DNA of 64,000 nucleotides from Chiloscyllium plagiosum (Eukaryota). Both the position numbers and the translations under genes were made by a program. The notes under the pieces were generated by a model. The model saw only the letters and a list, made by a program, of their open reading frames with translations, was not told where the DNA came from and ran no database searches. Shown in pieces: positions 39,895 to 53,000 of the stretch. The DNA lies in NCBI RefSeq assembly GCF_004010195.1, contig NC_057728.1:46528645-46592644 (forward strand), given 5' to 3'. The first letter of the stretch is position 1; each line of letters begins with the position of its first letter.

Positions 39895-42269
39895 CCTCAT
39901 TCCTGATGAAGGGCTTGTGCCTAAAATGTCAATTCTCCTGCTCCTCGGATGCTGCCTGATCTGATGTGCTTTTCCAGCACCACAGTTTTGACTCTGACCT
40001 CCAGCATCTGCAGGCCTTACTGTCTCCTAGTTGATTTCAACGCTACCGTGTTGCTCTTCCAAGGATGCCTACCTTGAAGAAGTCCTCCTCTCTCTACAAG
40101 GATCACAGTGAGTCTCTCTCTCACTGCACCCCCAGGGTCATTTCCTCTGCCCTGAAGCTCTTCAGCCACGTCCTGAAGCAGACTCACCATCATCTTCCCA
40201 TCTATCCACTTCACCCTCCTCTCTTACCTATCACCTTCTCCCCCACCNNNNNNNNNNNNNNNNNNNATGCTGCCTGACCTGCTGTGCTTTTCCAGCACCA
40301 CACTCTCGACTCTGATCTCCAGCATCTGCAGTCCTCACTTTCTCCTCGTTGATTCTGTAGTGTCCCCATTTCAAAATATAATCTTGTAATTGCATTGGTG
40401 ATCTTTGATTAAAATATCATTTGCAAATTGCATTTACTTAAAAGTTTTTCACGATTACTGTGTGCTTTAGGAGAAACGAAATGTTTCTTTTAAGTGTGAT
40501 TGCAGTTCTAGAAATACTTGACTCCACATTTATTGACATACACCTGCTGCAAAACCGTAAAGATCCAATAAAAATTGTACTTTGAAATTCCAATCTTTCA
40601 ACAGAATTTCAAATAAAGACCTTTTTTGCCTAATGACAAGATTCACATGAATGTGGCGAGCCATGATGCTTTTTGAAGAAGTGAAACAGAAGGTTTATTT
40701 ATTTGTATTCATTCTTCAATAGTACCGAATGCAGATTATTGTTTAATTATTTTATTGTAGCTTATGATCGAGAGACCTTGTGCACAGAATATATGACTAC
40801 AAAATAAAAGTTACCTCAGTTGATAGCAATACATTTACGAATGAGTAAGCTACCATTCACACACCATGATTATCCATAATATATGCTTTGTGAGCATTTT
40901 GAAAGGAAATATGGCATCAGCTTTGGAATATATTGCTCAACCAAAGAAAATAATTGTGTTTACGTGATAATAGTTCTGATTAAGTTTATGCTGAACGAGT
41001 TTCAGTGATATATACAGATTCCATGCAAAATCTTCCCTCTTTAGCAGAAGGAACATTGAAATGCCAAAAAAAAGTGTAGATTACAGAAAATAATGTCAAT
41101 CAAAATCCCAGCAAATAGCATACACTGGAATTCCGGAAATGCAGTATACTATTTAAGAGATCTAGTCCTGCATTGCTTGTTTTAAGGAAGATCTACCATA
41201 TTGAGTATCGAACAGGCAACCAACTGAACAGCATGTGGCCTTCCCTAGGAGCGGAACTCCTGCCTGCCAAGGGTAGCTGGCCAGTCAGAGGTTGGCAGTT
41301 CCATTGAATGTCAATACCACAGGAGAGGTGGTGGCTGCAGCTAGTATAACATCCAGCTGAGGCCTGGGATCATCCCTGGATCCCAGGCTGTAGGTGACTG
41401 ATGGTGGGTGGAAGAGCCAAATCTGTAGCAAGAACAGGGCAGTAGCTTGTAATGGGGCAGCACTACCTCTATCCTTTGCAAAGTTTGGCCCCTGAGATTA
41501 CACACTAAGTGCCTTTCAACGTGCAAGCCCCCAGAGGATCCCGCATGAAATCCCCAATGGAGGATAACACCAGTACGTGCCTGGTTAAGGGTGTCTGAAG
41601 CTTTTCCATCAAAGTTACAATAGACATTGAGAGATACCCAAAAATTAATAATAGGGTTGAGTAGCATATTGACCATAGTCCACAGAATATAAAATTCAAA
41701 ATCTATTATGCTAATTTTAGATTTCTAATTCTCTTTTAAAATAAAGTAGAAATTATAAAGTTGATACCAGCAAATGTGACCATGGCTCTGAAAACGTAAC
41801 TGGTTCACTAATGTCCATAAGGGAACCTATCCTTCACTGGAAGAGGAAATTGTTAATCCTTTGATCCCTTAGAGACTAAGCAAGACTTGGATTTCTTTGT
41901 CTAAGCGTTTATTCATGCATCTGTGGGAGGTGCACCCATCAAAAATAGCACTTAACTCTCTGATTTGCAACAAAGCTATGGATTTATACTATTTTTTACA
42001 GTTAACAGTTTTCCAATAAAAACATTTTGTATTCATACACTCTTGTCTTTATCCAACAGTGTTCATTCTTCCTTATATTCCAAGATAGTAACATTATTAT
42101 GTTATCCAATCCTATTCCAATTTGCACACATGATTAAAATATCCAATCCTTTACAACATGTTCATGTTGTATTATCCAATTCAATCTTCACATATTCACA
42201 TCAACTGACTGCTTTCTGATTATCAAAACTCTTTACTTTCCTTAGTATGGCGAGCTCTCTGAATTGGTA

Positions 42270-42663
42270 TTCTTTTTTCACTGGAGCAGAGGAGGTTGAG
42301 GGGTGATCTTTATTGCGGTTTATAAAATCATAAAGTGAATGACAAGGGTCTTTTCCCTAACGTGGGAAAGTTCAAACTTGGGGGCATATTCTAAGGTGAG
42401 AGGAGAAAGATTTAAAAAGGACATGAGGGGCAACTATTTTACACAGAGAGTGGCTCATTTGTGGAATGAACTGCCAGAGAAAGTGGTGGGTGCTGGTACA
42501 GTTACAATGTTGAGAAGACGTTTGGATAAGTACATGAATCGGAAAAGTTTGAAACGAGATGGGCCAAGTGCAGGCATGTGGGGCTAGTTTAGTTTGGGTT
42601 ATGTTCGGTGTGGACTTGTTGGATTGAAGGGTCTGTTTTCATGCTGTATGACTCTATGACTCT
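42270..42663 (+). mobile_element. CR1 LINE 3' end
   Basis: KVRGERFK.DMRGNYFTQRV; tail tgactctatgactcta. Confidence 0.85.
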
Positions 42664-43124
42664 AGCAGAAATCACTGTGAAGATGTTTGAGTGAGCAATT
42701 TTACTCAATGCTCACTGGCTCTTCAATCAGCTATGAAACAGCTGTTTGACCTAGCTTTCCAATGTTCTGCTCAGATGTTAAAGCTATAAAAGAGCGTTAG
42801 CTGTTTTATTTCATTCATAGTTGTCAATCCAAACGATATTCTGAATTGAGCACTGCAGACCTTTCTAAAGTGCTGCTGAGTCTGAAGCTATTGTCAAGGT
42901 CCTTTGCACTTAACCACTTAAGACCAGTTAGTGGTTAATGAGAAGCCTTTTAGTAAAGCCATTACCATTTGAATGTTGAAGAACCATAAAATCATTACTG
43001 CACAAAAGGAGGCTATTTGGCTATCACGTCCTTGCCACCTTTTTGGAGAGCAATGCAACTCACCGTGTTTGGTCCTCCAGAACTCTGCAAATTTCTCATG
43101 CACCCGTCCAATTTCTTACTGAAA

Positions 43125-45000
43125 AAATATGGAACAGTATAGCACAGGAATGGACCCTTTAGCCCACAATATTTTGCTGAACATGATGCCAAATTAAGCT
43201 AATCCCTTCTGCCTGCCCTTGGTTCAATCCTCTCCATTCCTTGCATATTCATCTGCTTATCTAAAAGTCTCTGAAATCCCCTTATTGTATCTGCCTCCAC
43301 CATCATCACTGGCACATGTTCCACACTCCTACCACTCTCTGTATAAAAACCTGCCCCTCACATTTCCTTTAAACTTTTCCCCTCTCACCTGAAATGCGTG
43401 CTGCCTAGTTTTAGACATTTCAACTCTGGGAAAACGATTCTGACTGTCAACCCTATCTGTGCATCTCATAATTTTTTACACTTCTATCAAGTCTCCCTCA
43501 GCCTCCACCACTCCAGAGAAAACAACCCAAGTTTTTCTAGTCTCTCCTTATCATTCATACCATCTAATCCAGGCAGCATCCTGGTAAATCTCTTTTGCAT
43601 CCTCTTCAAAGCCTCCACAGCTTTCCTGTTATGTGGCTACCACAACTGAACACAGTACTCTAAGTGTAGCCTAGAGTACAAGATTCAGCAACGTGACATC
43701 CTGACTCTTGTACTTAATTCCACAATCAATAAAGGAAAGCATGCCATACATCTTCTTTACCACCCTATCTTCTTGAGTGGCAAGTTTCAAGGAGCTATGG
43801 ACTTGAACCACAAATCCTTATGGACATCAATGCTGCTCACAATCCTGCCATAACTTTATTCTTTTCCTTAACTGTATCCCCTTCCTTGAGATCTCCCAAA
43901 GTGCAGCACCTCACACTTTCATGGATTAAACTCCATCTGCCATTTCTCTGCCTATATCTGCAACTGATCTATATATTGCTGTATCTTCTAACAACCTTCT
44001 ATACTAACTACAACTCCGCAAATCATTGTATCATTGGAAAACTTACTAACCCAGCCATCTACATTTTCATCCAAGTCAATTATGTATATATCACAATCTG
44101 CGGAGGTCCCAGTACGGATCCCTGAGGAACACAATTAATCATGGACATCCATCCTGAAAAACAAACTTCCATCACTACCCTTTGCCTTCTAAGGCTCAGC
44201 CAAATCTGAATCCATGCAGCCAAGTTACTATAAATCTGATGCATCTTAATCTTTTGGCTGAGCCTACCATGAGGGATTTTGTCAAAAGCCTTACTAAAAT
44301 CCATGTAGAAAACATCCACAGCTCTACTCTCATCGATCATATTCATCACCTCCTCGAAAAATTCAGTCATGTTACTAAGACATGACCTTCTGTGCATAAA
44401 GCCATGCTAACTGTCCCTAATTAGGTTATACTTTTCCAAATGCATAGAAATCCTATCCCTAAGAATTCTCTCCAGTAGCTTTCCAAACACTGAAATGAGA
44501 TTCACGGTCTATAATTTCCTGGATTATCCATATTTCCCTTCTTGAATAGAGGAACAATATTAGCTACTCACAGTCCTTCAGGATCTCTTCAGTGGCTAGT
44601 GAGGATACAAAGATCTTGGTCAAGATCCCAGCAATCTCCTCTCTTGCCTCATTCAATAACCTGGGGTAAATGCTATTGAGCCCTGGGGACTTACTCACTA
44701 TAATGCTCTTCAATAGACCCAATGCCACTTCTTTCTGGATCTCAAAATACCATAGCATATTAGCATACTCCACACATAGCTCACTATCCTCCGTATCATT
44801 CTCCTGGATGAATACCAATGTAGAGTACTCATTTCAGGTCTTACCCACATCTTCTGCCTCCAAGCACAAGTTGCGTCCTTTATCCTTGAGTGGTCCTACC
44901 TTTTCCCTCGTTATTGTCTTGTTTTTAATGTATCCACAGAGTGCCTTGGGATTTTCTTTAACCCTGCTTGCTCAGATCATTTCATAGTCCTTTTTGTGCT
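43125..45000 (-). mobile_element. Decayed CR1 LINE (RT to 3' UTR)
   Basis: KSPG.NSIYPRLL, RSCLSN..EFFEEV..DFSKAFDKIPHGRL, VPQGSVLGP on the minus strand. Confidence 0.9.
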
Positions 45001-45739
45001 AGCCTAACTTCCCTGTTTTTGTACTCAATATCCTTTATTTGTTAAACCCAAGATTCACATAGTATGCTAACTATAATCTCAGAATATTCTGACATTCTCA
45101 AAGATCAATGCACTTGAACCTCCTGGGCCCCCTGTCTCCGTACACTCTTTAGAACTGTGCGATTTAATCTGTATTGCCTTTTTCTACCTCTTCCATCAAG
45201 ATGCACCACCTCATACTTCTCTCTATGAATTCCATAAGCCACTTACCTGCATTTCCATTAACCTAAATCATACCTTGGTGTCATCCCCATCTGCCACACC
45301 AGCAAATGTAATATCTTCAGCAGCTTTTGAAATTTTATTCAAATTTGCAAGTCATGAATACCCATACAAATATAAAAACTTGGAGAACTCTATATGATTG
45401 CTTTAATAATTTGCAGTATCCATTGCTTTGGAACTGTTTCCGACCATTAGAAGTGTCTGATTACTGTATGCAGTGATCAATATAACTAATAATCATTAAT
45501 GATAATTGCACCCTTAATTTTCTGTACATTCAAATTCTGCAGTTTTAGCCATTGATATCCCAGACTGCTATCACACTGGAGCTCCTTCCTTTTCTTCAAA
45601 TATTTTGAGATTCCTCAGCTTTCATCTGGCAACTCTCTGTTTGCCTTTTGTTCATGTATGATTAATTGCTTCAAGATCCCTTGTTTGTTACACCTTTCAT
45701 GTTGTAAAAGTACTTGACAGGTTGTACCTATAATTCAAA

Positions 45740-46215
45740 TAAAAGCTGTGGATGCTTGAGATCTAAAATAAAACTAGAAATTCCAGAAATTCAGCAGGTC
45801 TGGCAGCATTTCTGAAGATAGAAAGTTCTATTTTTGAGTTCAATAAGATTCTTGGGTGGAACTGAAGGAGGTTGCATGGGTGATGGGTTCTATGCTACAG
45901 AGAAAGAGGGGAGGAGTGGTAGGTGGGATAACGATGAAATTACTCCAGAACAAAAGGCAAAGAGAGTACTAATGGAGTTAAGGGGATATAGGTGAACATT
46001 GGGATGTTCCGAGTAGATGTTGATAGCAGAAAATAGATCAGGTCCTCTGGTCTAAATCTATGCAAACAAGACATGTTGGAAAAGGGGAAAGACAATTGAC
46101 AGGGAAGACAGAGGTCATGGTTTGAAGTGTTGGACTCGCTGTTGAGTCCTTAAGGCTGCTGAGTATCTAAACAGAAAAAGAAGTTGCTGTTTCTCCAGCT
46201 TTCAATGGGATTCAC
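45740..46215 (-). mobile_element. Old PLE 3' end
   Basis: Minus strand KLEKQQLLF-like remnant of GIY-YIG C-terminus, pyrimidine-rich UTR and terminal repeat tail. Confidence 0.55.
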
Positions 46216-46679
46216 TCGAGTTCCTGGCATTCCTTGAGGAACTTACTCAAAATGCTTTTTGAACCTTCTGCTGGGATATCATAGTAACAGAAAATACTTG
46301 CAAAACTATAATGATTTCAGACCAAACTCTACAAAGCCTTCGTGCACCCTCACAAAAATACTTGAGCCTTTAAAATCCATGACAGAGATTCAATGATAAC
46401 TCACCAATAAAAAGAAAACAATAAACATGAAGATCATCTGAAAAGGAAATTAAAGGATTTCTGTTGACCAAATTGTGAATTCAGATTTGCTGCCTGGGAA
46501 ATTCTCAGATGGACTGTAATTAGCATTTCAGTTGAAACAAAAAGGCTGGTGAGATGGTTTTGTCATAAATATTCGAGAGAACAAACAAAGGAAAACAAAG
46601 CATGCAGGTATTTTTTATTAGATCAACAAAGGAATTTGTACTTGCCTACCCTGACTTGGTGCACTCCATTCTCTCAGGT

Positions 46680-48452
46680 CTAACCTTGACGTTGCTATCA
46701 AACCTGCTGATAAGGGTGATGGCTATTGTCATCTGGTGTGCAGGCCTCAGTGTTGCAGAGGCTGAATGCCTTACCTCAAATGTTTCCTCCTAGCTCCCCC
46801 TGGATCATGGCCTCACCATTAAACATCAAGTTGTGGTTTACAGGGTATCACTGGCCTGATCTCTTCTGATGATCTCCCTTCCACAGCCTGCCAGCTCATT
46901 GTCCTCCAACTTCTACCTCCTCAAAATCTACAAGCAATCTCCACTGAACGATTTTCTTGATAGACTTTTTTCTCTCCTCATTCAATCTCTTGCTACTTGC
47001 ATTATGATTCTTCTGATGCTCTGTGTCAGTTCCTGAATTTCCAGTTTCCTAGTTCCAGCCACTATCACCTGTTCTCCATTCTTCTTTGTGAAGAAGCAAT
47101 CCTTTTACTCATCCATCTCCCATCAGGATGATCTGAATGTTGTTTGCTTCTTCCTTGAAAGGAGGCCTGAATAGTCCTCACCCAGCCCCACTCTCCTTTC
47201 CTTGGCTGAGCTCATCCTCACTTTGAACAATTTATCCTTCAACTCCTTTCACACTCTCTAAGTAAAAAGTGTAACTATGGGTATGTTCCATTTCTAATTG
47301 AGAGCCCGACCCATGACTTTTCCTCTGGTACGTAAATGATATAATTGATGCTGCTTCCTGCTTTCATCTGAAATTCAAAAAAATAATCAGTTTTGCTTCC
47401 AATTTTCATCCTTCTGTCACCATCATCTGATCCATCGCTATTTCCTTCCCTCCCTTGACTTCTCTGTTACTATTTCTGGGGATAGATTGTCTACTAATAT
47501 CCATTACACACTCACCAACTCCAACAGTTAACTTGATTACACGCCCTCAAACTCTGCATTCTATAAGAACTCTATTCCATTCTCTCAGTTTCTCTGTCAC
47601 ATCGAGTCAGAATTATATAGCACGGCAATAGACGCTTCGGTCCAACTCGCCCATGCTGACCAGATATCCTAAACTGATTTAGTCCCATTTGCCAGTATTA
47701 GGCCCATATCCTTCTAAATCCTTCTTCTTCATGTATCCATCCAGATGCCTTTTAAATGTCGTTATTGTACCAGCGTCCACCACTCCCTCTGGCAGCTTGT
47801 TGCATATACGTACCATCGTCTGCGTGAAAACGTTGCCCCTCAGGTCCCTTTTATATCTTTCCCCTCTCACCTTAAACCTATGCCCTCTATTTTGGATTTC
47901 CTACCCTGGGCCAAACGACCTTGGGTATTCATCCTTTGTATAGCCTTCATGATTTTATAAATCTCTCTAAGGTCACTTCTCAACTTCTGACGCTCCCAGG
48001 ATAAACAGCCCTAGCCTATTCAGCCTCTCCCTATAGCTGAAACCCTCCAACCCAGGCAACATTCTTGGAAATCTCTTCTGAACCATTCCAAGTTTAACAA
48101 CATCTTTCCAATAGCCGGGAGACCAATCCATATCACTCACGTCTACTCTCACATCCCCCATCCCTTTGAGAACAACAGGAGTTCCTCTTGTCTTTATTTT
48201 CCATCCCAGCAGCCTCTGTATTCAAAGGATCATCCTCCAGCATTTCCACCACCTCCAGTAGGATGTCATGACCAAATGCAGCTTCCCCTATCATTCCCTG
48301 TCAACTTTCCACATGGACCCTTCCCTTCACGACTCTCTGGTCCACACTTCAAGCCTCCTCATCATGACACCTCCATATAGAATTGCAGGAGGAGTAACAT
48401 TCACCCATTCACCATCTCCCTCCACACTGACCAAGGCCCCGAATACATCTTC
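46680..48452 (+). pseudogene. Decayed PLE reverse transcriptase/thumb, interrupted by CR1 (47600-48125, minus)
   Basis: Broken motifs: L.KIYK, LILTLNN.SFNS...KSVTMG (cf. QxxGVAMG), WYVNDI (cf. RYIDD), SLDFSV.ISGDRLSTNIHY, VPLVFIFHPSSL.IQRIILQHF. Confidence 0.7.
47600..48125 (-). mobile_element. CR1 LINE 3' end nested in PLE
   Basis: VQKRFPRMLPGLEGFSYRERLNRLGLF; RGERYKRDLRGN. Confidence 0.85.
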
Positions 48453-48705
48453 GAGGAGAAAGTGAGGACTGCAGATGCTGGAGATCAGAGGTGAAAATGT
48501 GTTGCTGGAAAAGCGCAGCAGGTCAGGCAGCATCCAAAGAGCAGGAGAATTGACGTTTCGGGCATTTTCAGCTCTGATCTCCAGCATCTGCAGTCCTCAC
48601 TTTCTCCTCGAAGTTCCTGAAGAAGGGCTTATGCCCGAAACGTCAATTCTCCTGTTCCTTGGATGCTGCCTGACCTGCTGCGCTTTTCCAGCAACATATT
48701 TTCAG
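48453..48705. mobile_element. Rearranged family A terminal-repeat insertion with intact hammerhead core (48617-48644, +)
   Basis: 15-bp TSD cccgaatacatcttc (48438-48452, 48706-48720); CTGAAGA A GGGC TTAT GCCC GAAA CGTC. Confidence 0.85.
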
Positions 48706-49311
48706 CCCGAATACATCTTCCAGATCAAGCAATAATTTGCTGTTTTCAGCAATTTCTTTTAATGGTTTATTTGTGCTTCTTTCAATCTAGCCTACTGTAT
48801 TCACTGCTCAGTTGTGATAGGGTGTAGACAGAGAGACAATATCATTGAACTATCAAATGATAAGAAAACGGATTCTTGCAAATGAACTGTGACCTCTGGT
48901 GTATTCTGTGGAAGCACAATTTGCTTAAATGCTCCAATGATTGGGCTGTCTTAAATTCTTCAGTTAGATATTAGTCCTGTTTTACTACAGAAATGAAGTC
49001 TGCTTTGCAAGCGTCAGCCTTCCCTTGGTAACAACATTCTTGGCTCTGAATCAGGGAAATTGTGGGACTAAATCCCACTGCAAACACCTAAGCTAATAGT
49101 CTGACCACAGCAATAAAGGAGTGCTGCACTGTTCGAGGCACTGTCTTATCAATGTGAAATTGGACTGAGGTCCTGCCTGTGCTCTTAGTTTGGAATGAAA
49201 GTTCTATGACATTGCTTCAAAGACACCTTAGGTGGGATTGTCTCCGATGATTCACCTATGTTTTAGGCCAGTATCCTCCCTACGTTAGCAGATTGGCTCA
49301 AACTTTGGTTG

Positions 49312-49618
49312 GAAGAAAGTGAGGACTGCAGATTCTGGAGATGAGAGCCGAAAGCTGGAAAAGCACAGTTGGTCATGCAGCATCTGAGGAGCAGGAGAGT
49401 CAACATTTCAAGCATTAGCCCATCAACAGAACAAACCTTCAAAGATTTGGAGCAGCAGCTGGTTAAAAATCACTCAGTAATTAACCTGCAAGGTAAGGAT
49501 TCCCAAATCCAGGGAAGATGTTAGCTTCCTGATGAAGGGCTTGTGCTCGAAACGTCAATTCTCCTGTTCCTTTGGCGCTGCCTGACCGGCTGTGCTTTTC
49601 CAGCACCACACTTTTCGA
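49312..49618. mobile_element. Head-to-head family A insertion with captured host DNA; hammerhead core at 49529-49556 (+)
   Basis: Degenerate 15-bp TSD ctcaaactttggttg / ctcaaaattttgttg (49297-49311, 49619-49633); CTGATGA A GGGC TTGT GCTC GAAA CGTC. Confidence 0.8.
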
Positions 49619-49689
49619 CTCAAAATTTTGTTGTACAGGGTTTGTCTTTTAGAAAAAGAGACATTCTTAATCAACCCATTCAGAGATGT

Positions 49690-49910
49690 TATCTCACAAC
49701 TCCAGAGCAGGTAGGATTGGAACTCCAGCCTCCTGGTACAAGAGAAGGGACATTTCCACGCTGTCACAAGAGGTCTCAAATTTTTTTGTTTAATGTCTTT
49801 TTCTGATTGGCGTGTTCAGACATGTTATCACACACCTCTGGAGCAGGTGGGACTTCAACCCAGACCTCCTGGTCCAAGGGTAGGGATGCTATCACTGCAC
49901 CACAAGAGGT
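49690..49910 (-). mobile_element. Two tandem short tRNA-derived SINE heads (related copies ~16485-16550 +, ~57210-57284 -)
   Basis: Reverse strand cctcttgtggtgcagtgatagc...gggttgaagtcccacctgctcc with A/B-box-like motifs, present twice. Confidence 0.6.
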
Positions 49911-50604
49911 CTTCAAATTTTCAGCACTGCTGATGCAATTATGTCTTGCTTGCACCCCTCCAATGCAGGCTGTACTGGATGCCAATTTGAATCAGTCATT
50001 TATTTTAGTACTGGAGTTTGTGTCAGAGGAATGCACAAGAAACAGATTGTATAATCATGTTGATTTGACTGTAGTGGTGTCATTTTCAGTCTGGATGCTT
50101 CAGCTAACACCTCTTAGCTTCACACAGCTGGATTTTGGACTCCTTACTTTGCAGGTTAGTTACTTAGTGATTTTTAACCAGCTGCTGCTCCAAATCTTTG
50201 GAGGTTTGTTCTGTTGATGTACTGTTTTATATTGTTGAAATCCAGACAAACTGGGATGTCATTTGGCAAACATCTTCTTTCTGACTTCAAGAGTTCTACT
50301 CAGATGGTTTGCCACTAGTCATGGGTGATACAGTCTCTATCCCTGTTGGCCCACAACACAAGAGGGAAAGTGAGCAGGAGTGACACAGAGGAGAACGAGT
50401 TGTTTGAAGAGGGAGTCAAGGAGAGAGAAGTGCGCTGAGCAGCAGACTTTATCCACTTGGCATCTCCAGACAGCATTTCCCCTTACGTCACGTGAGGGAC
50501 AGTGAAGGCACCAAATGTGTTTCACTGAAGAGATGCAGGGTGAAGTTTGCCAACTGTTGAAAGCCTCAGAGCATGGAGAGGATGACATTGCAGGTGCCTG
50601 AGAT

Positions 50605-50925
50605 TATCATAGAATCATAACAGTGTGGAAGTAGGTCATTCAGCCCATCAATTCCACACTGACCCTCTGAAGAGCATTGTACCTTGTCCCATGGCTATTC
50701 CACCTAGCCTGCACATCCCTGAACACAATGGGTAATTTACATTGGCCAATCCACCTTACCTGAACATCTTTGGACTGTGGGAGGAAACCAGAGCACCCAG
50801 GGTAAATCCACACAGACACAGGGAGAAAGTGCAAACTCCACATAGACTGGTGCTCAAGAGTGGAATCGAACCAGGGTCCCTGGGGCTGTGAGGCAACAGT
50901 GCTAACCACTGAGCCACCGTGTTGC
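50605..50925 (-). mobile_element. HE1-like V-SINE
   Basis: Reverse tRNA head (gctaaccactgagccaccgtg), V-domain, (atcatag) tail. Confidence 0.88.
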
Positions 50926-51979
50926 TCTAAATTACTTTACATGTTTAGAGTATGTCACGGAGCCAGTGTGCTACAGAGATATTTCAGGCTGAAGATCAAT
51001 TCACTGATCTTGAACATTGATGTGGGATCATTAGACCTCTTGTAGCACTGCATTTAGATCTCTGGGACTGTGATTCTAGAATCAACTGTCATAGCTATCT
51101 GCTCTTGCTGACTTCACAATGTCTATAAGGAGGGTCTCCTGATCCGTCCAGTGAAGATGAGGATGCAAGGGGATGGGGAAGAGGTGGCCTGCAGGACTGG
51201 TGAAGGATCAATGCAAAAGGGGACAGGGAAGTCAAGACTGGTGGGGGAAAGGAGAGGGTTTGTAGAGGTGGGGAAAAGGCCAGTTAATGGAAGGAAGCTG
51301 AAGGTGTTTGGGGACATGGAAAACAGCTTTGAAAAGGAAGGAAAGCGAGAGAAGGAGATTTGTTGGTTATGAAAAACTCCACGGTGTGGGGGGTGGGGGG
51401 AGGGGGTTTAGTGTTGTGAAGGAGCAGAGTGGCATTTTTAAGATATAATATCAGGGAAAGGACAGATAGCTGGTGGCCAAGTTTAAAGTGGTGGGCCTCC
51501 ACAGGCAATAGGGTATGGTTGGAACTGGGCTGACAGGACAGAGTGAGATTAACAGGGAACAGGAGGCTTTGCAGGATGCGGGGATCAGCAAGATCATGGT
51601 GTTGACATTGTCCATCATGAACTACATTCTCTGCCAGCACTTGCTGATCTCCAGATTCAGAATGCAACTGGAAAATGGCTGGGTCAAATCCCAGGGTGAT
51701 TAGAATCAGTGTCATTTTGATGGGCATGGTAGCCATTGCTACTGGATGCTAGGATGTTGAAAGGGCAAATGTATCAACCATACATTTGCTAATAGAACAA
51801 CATTTAGTTTGCAATAATTTCGTCATCCAATCGCAATGCGTGCAGTCATTGTGCTTAGGTTCAAATACTGATCCAAGGCAATTTGCACAGTGCTGTGGGT
51901 TGTTGCAAATTGACCATTGATATCTCAGTGATGCCTAAGTTAGCAGCAATGACTTGAAAAGAGGTGAATGCTGAGCAGA

Positions 51980-53000
51980 GACAACCTATCATTGTGCAGC
52001 TTCCAATGGTGCTGTGGGAGGTGAAGACTGTAGCTTCATTGTCTGGCATATAAGTTTAATGAGGGCCTGTATTGCATGCAATGAAAAGTTGAATGGTTGA
52101 CATGGAGCTTGGATGTGAAGGAGGTCAGAAAGCAGCAGGAACTCCCATTTGACTTAATGCCTTGGTCACTCAGCCAATGTGAACCCCTTCACCAAGTCAG
52201 TGCATACTGAGGCTGGAGCTGAATGAGTGATGGAGACATGACCTTTGTTTTAACGGGCAGCATCTCTCAGTGTCTGACAGAATGCGTGCAGCCACCATCT
52301 GCAAGGTATGCCACCAGTAACTCTTCTGAAACTTAAGCAGCCCTTTCACTCTTCACCTTGCCAGCCCCTGGCGGGATACTGTTCAGTGTGGCTGCCTCCT
52401 CAGGAGGTGAAGGTGAATACAGGAGGAGCAGGATGACAGGGTCAGCAACAGACCTTCTTAAGGGATGAGGAGCACCCAGCTCAGGGAGAGGTCACAGCCT
52501 CAGGGCCCCTCAGCATACACAGGACCACAGTTTTCCACCACAACTCCGTTCTTTAGAGGTGAGTATGTGCAGTATTGAGACAGCCTCCATCCAGAGTCCT
52601 TAAAAACTGATTACTGCTCACAAGGTGAACTTGTCATTGTGCAACCCCTGACTGGTGGGGCATGCAAATACAATGCTGCCCATGCTTCCACGGGGACCAC
52701 AACAAAATACAGGAGAGGGTTGCTGAAGATGTTCCAGTGCTTGGATCTTTCCAGGGTGGTGGAGCTCCAGTTCAGACAGAGTGTGCTACATAATGCTGAT
52801 ATGTTGCACCTTGCGCAATTGGATCAGACAATGGGGACGATGTACTGGATAATGAGGACTGGAGGGATGGAAGCAGTCCTTCTAAGGATGAGGACGTTGA
52901 GGAGAAGGAAACTTTCATTGTACATGAGAAAGCTGAAGTGCACCAGACACCCCAAGCCAGACTGGACCTGATAGATGAGAGCTGGATGCAGCAGACCATC
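51980..53000 (+). pseudogene. Second decayed Harbinger copy (upstream region and transposase C-terminus)
   Basis: YNAAHAST....GLLKMFQCLD, VLHN and acidic tail; 52020-52230 is similar to 18975-19175. Confidence 0.65.

Larger units (their letters stand above)
39570..40351 (+). mobile_element. Partial-tandem PLE family A insertion (terminal repeat - ORF start - terminal repeat) with nested family B insertion
   Basis: 13-bp TSD attctgtagtgtc (39557-39569, 40352-40364); ORF start MPTLKK..SLSHCTPRVISSALKLFSHVLKQT at 40065 follows the first terminal repeat; N gap 40248-40266. Confidence 0.8.
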
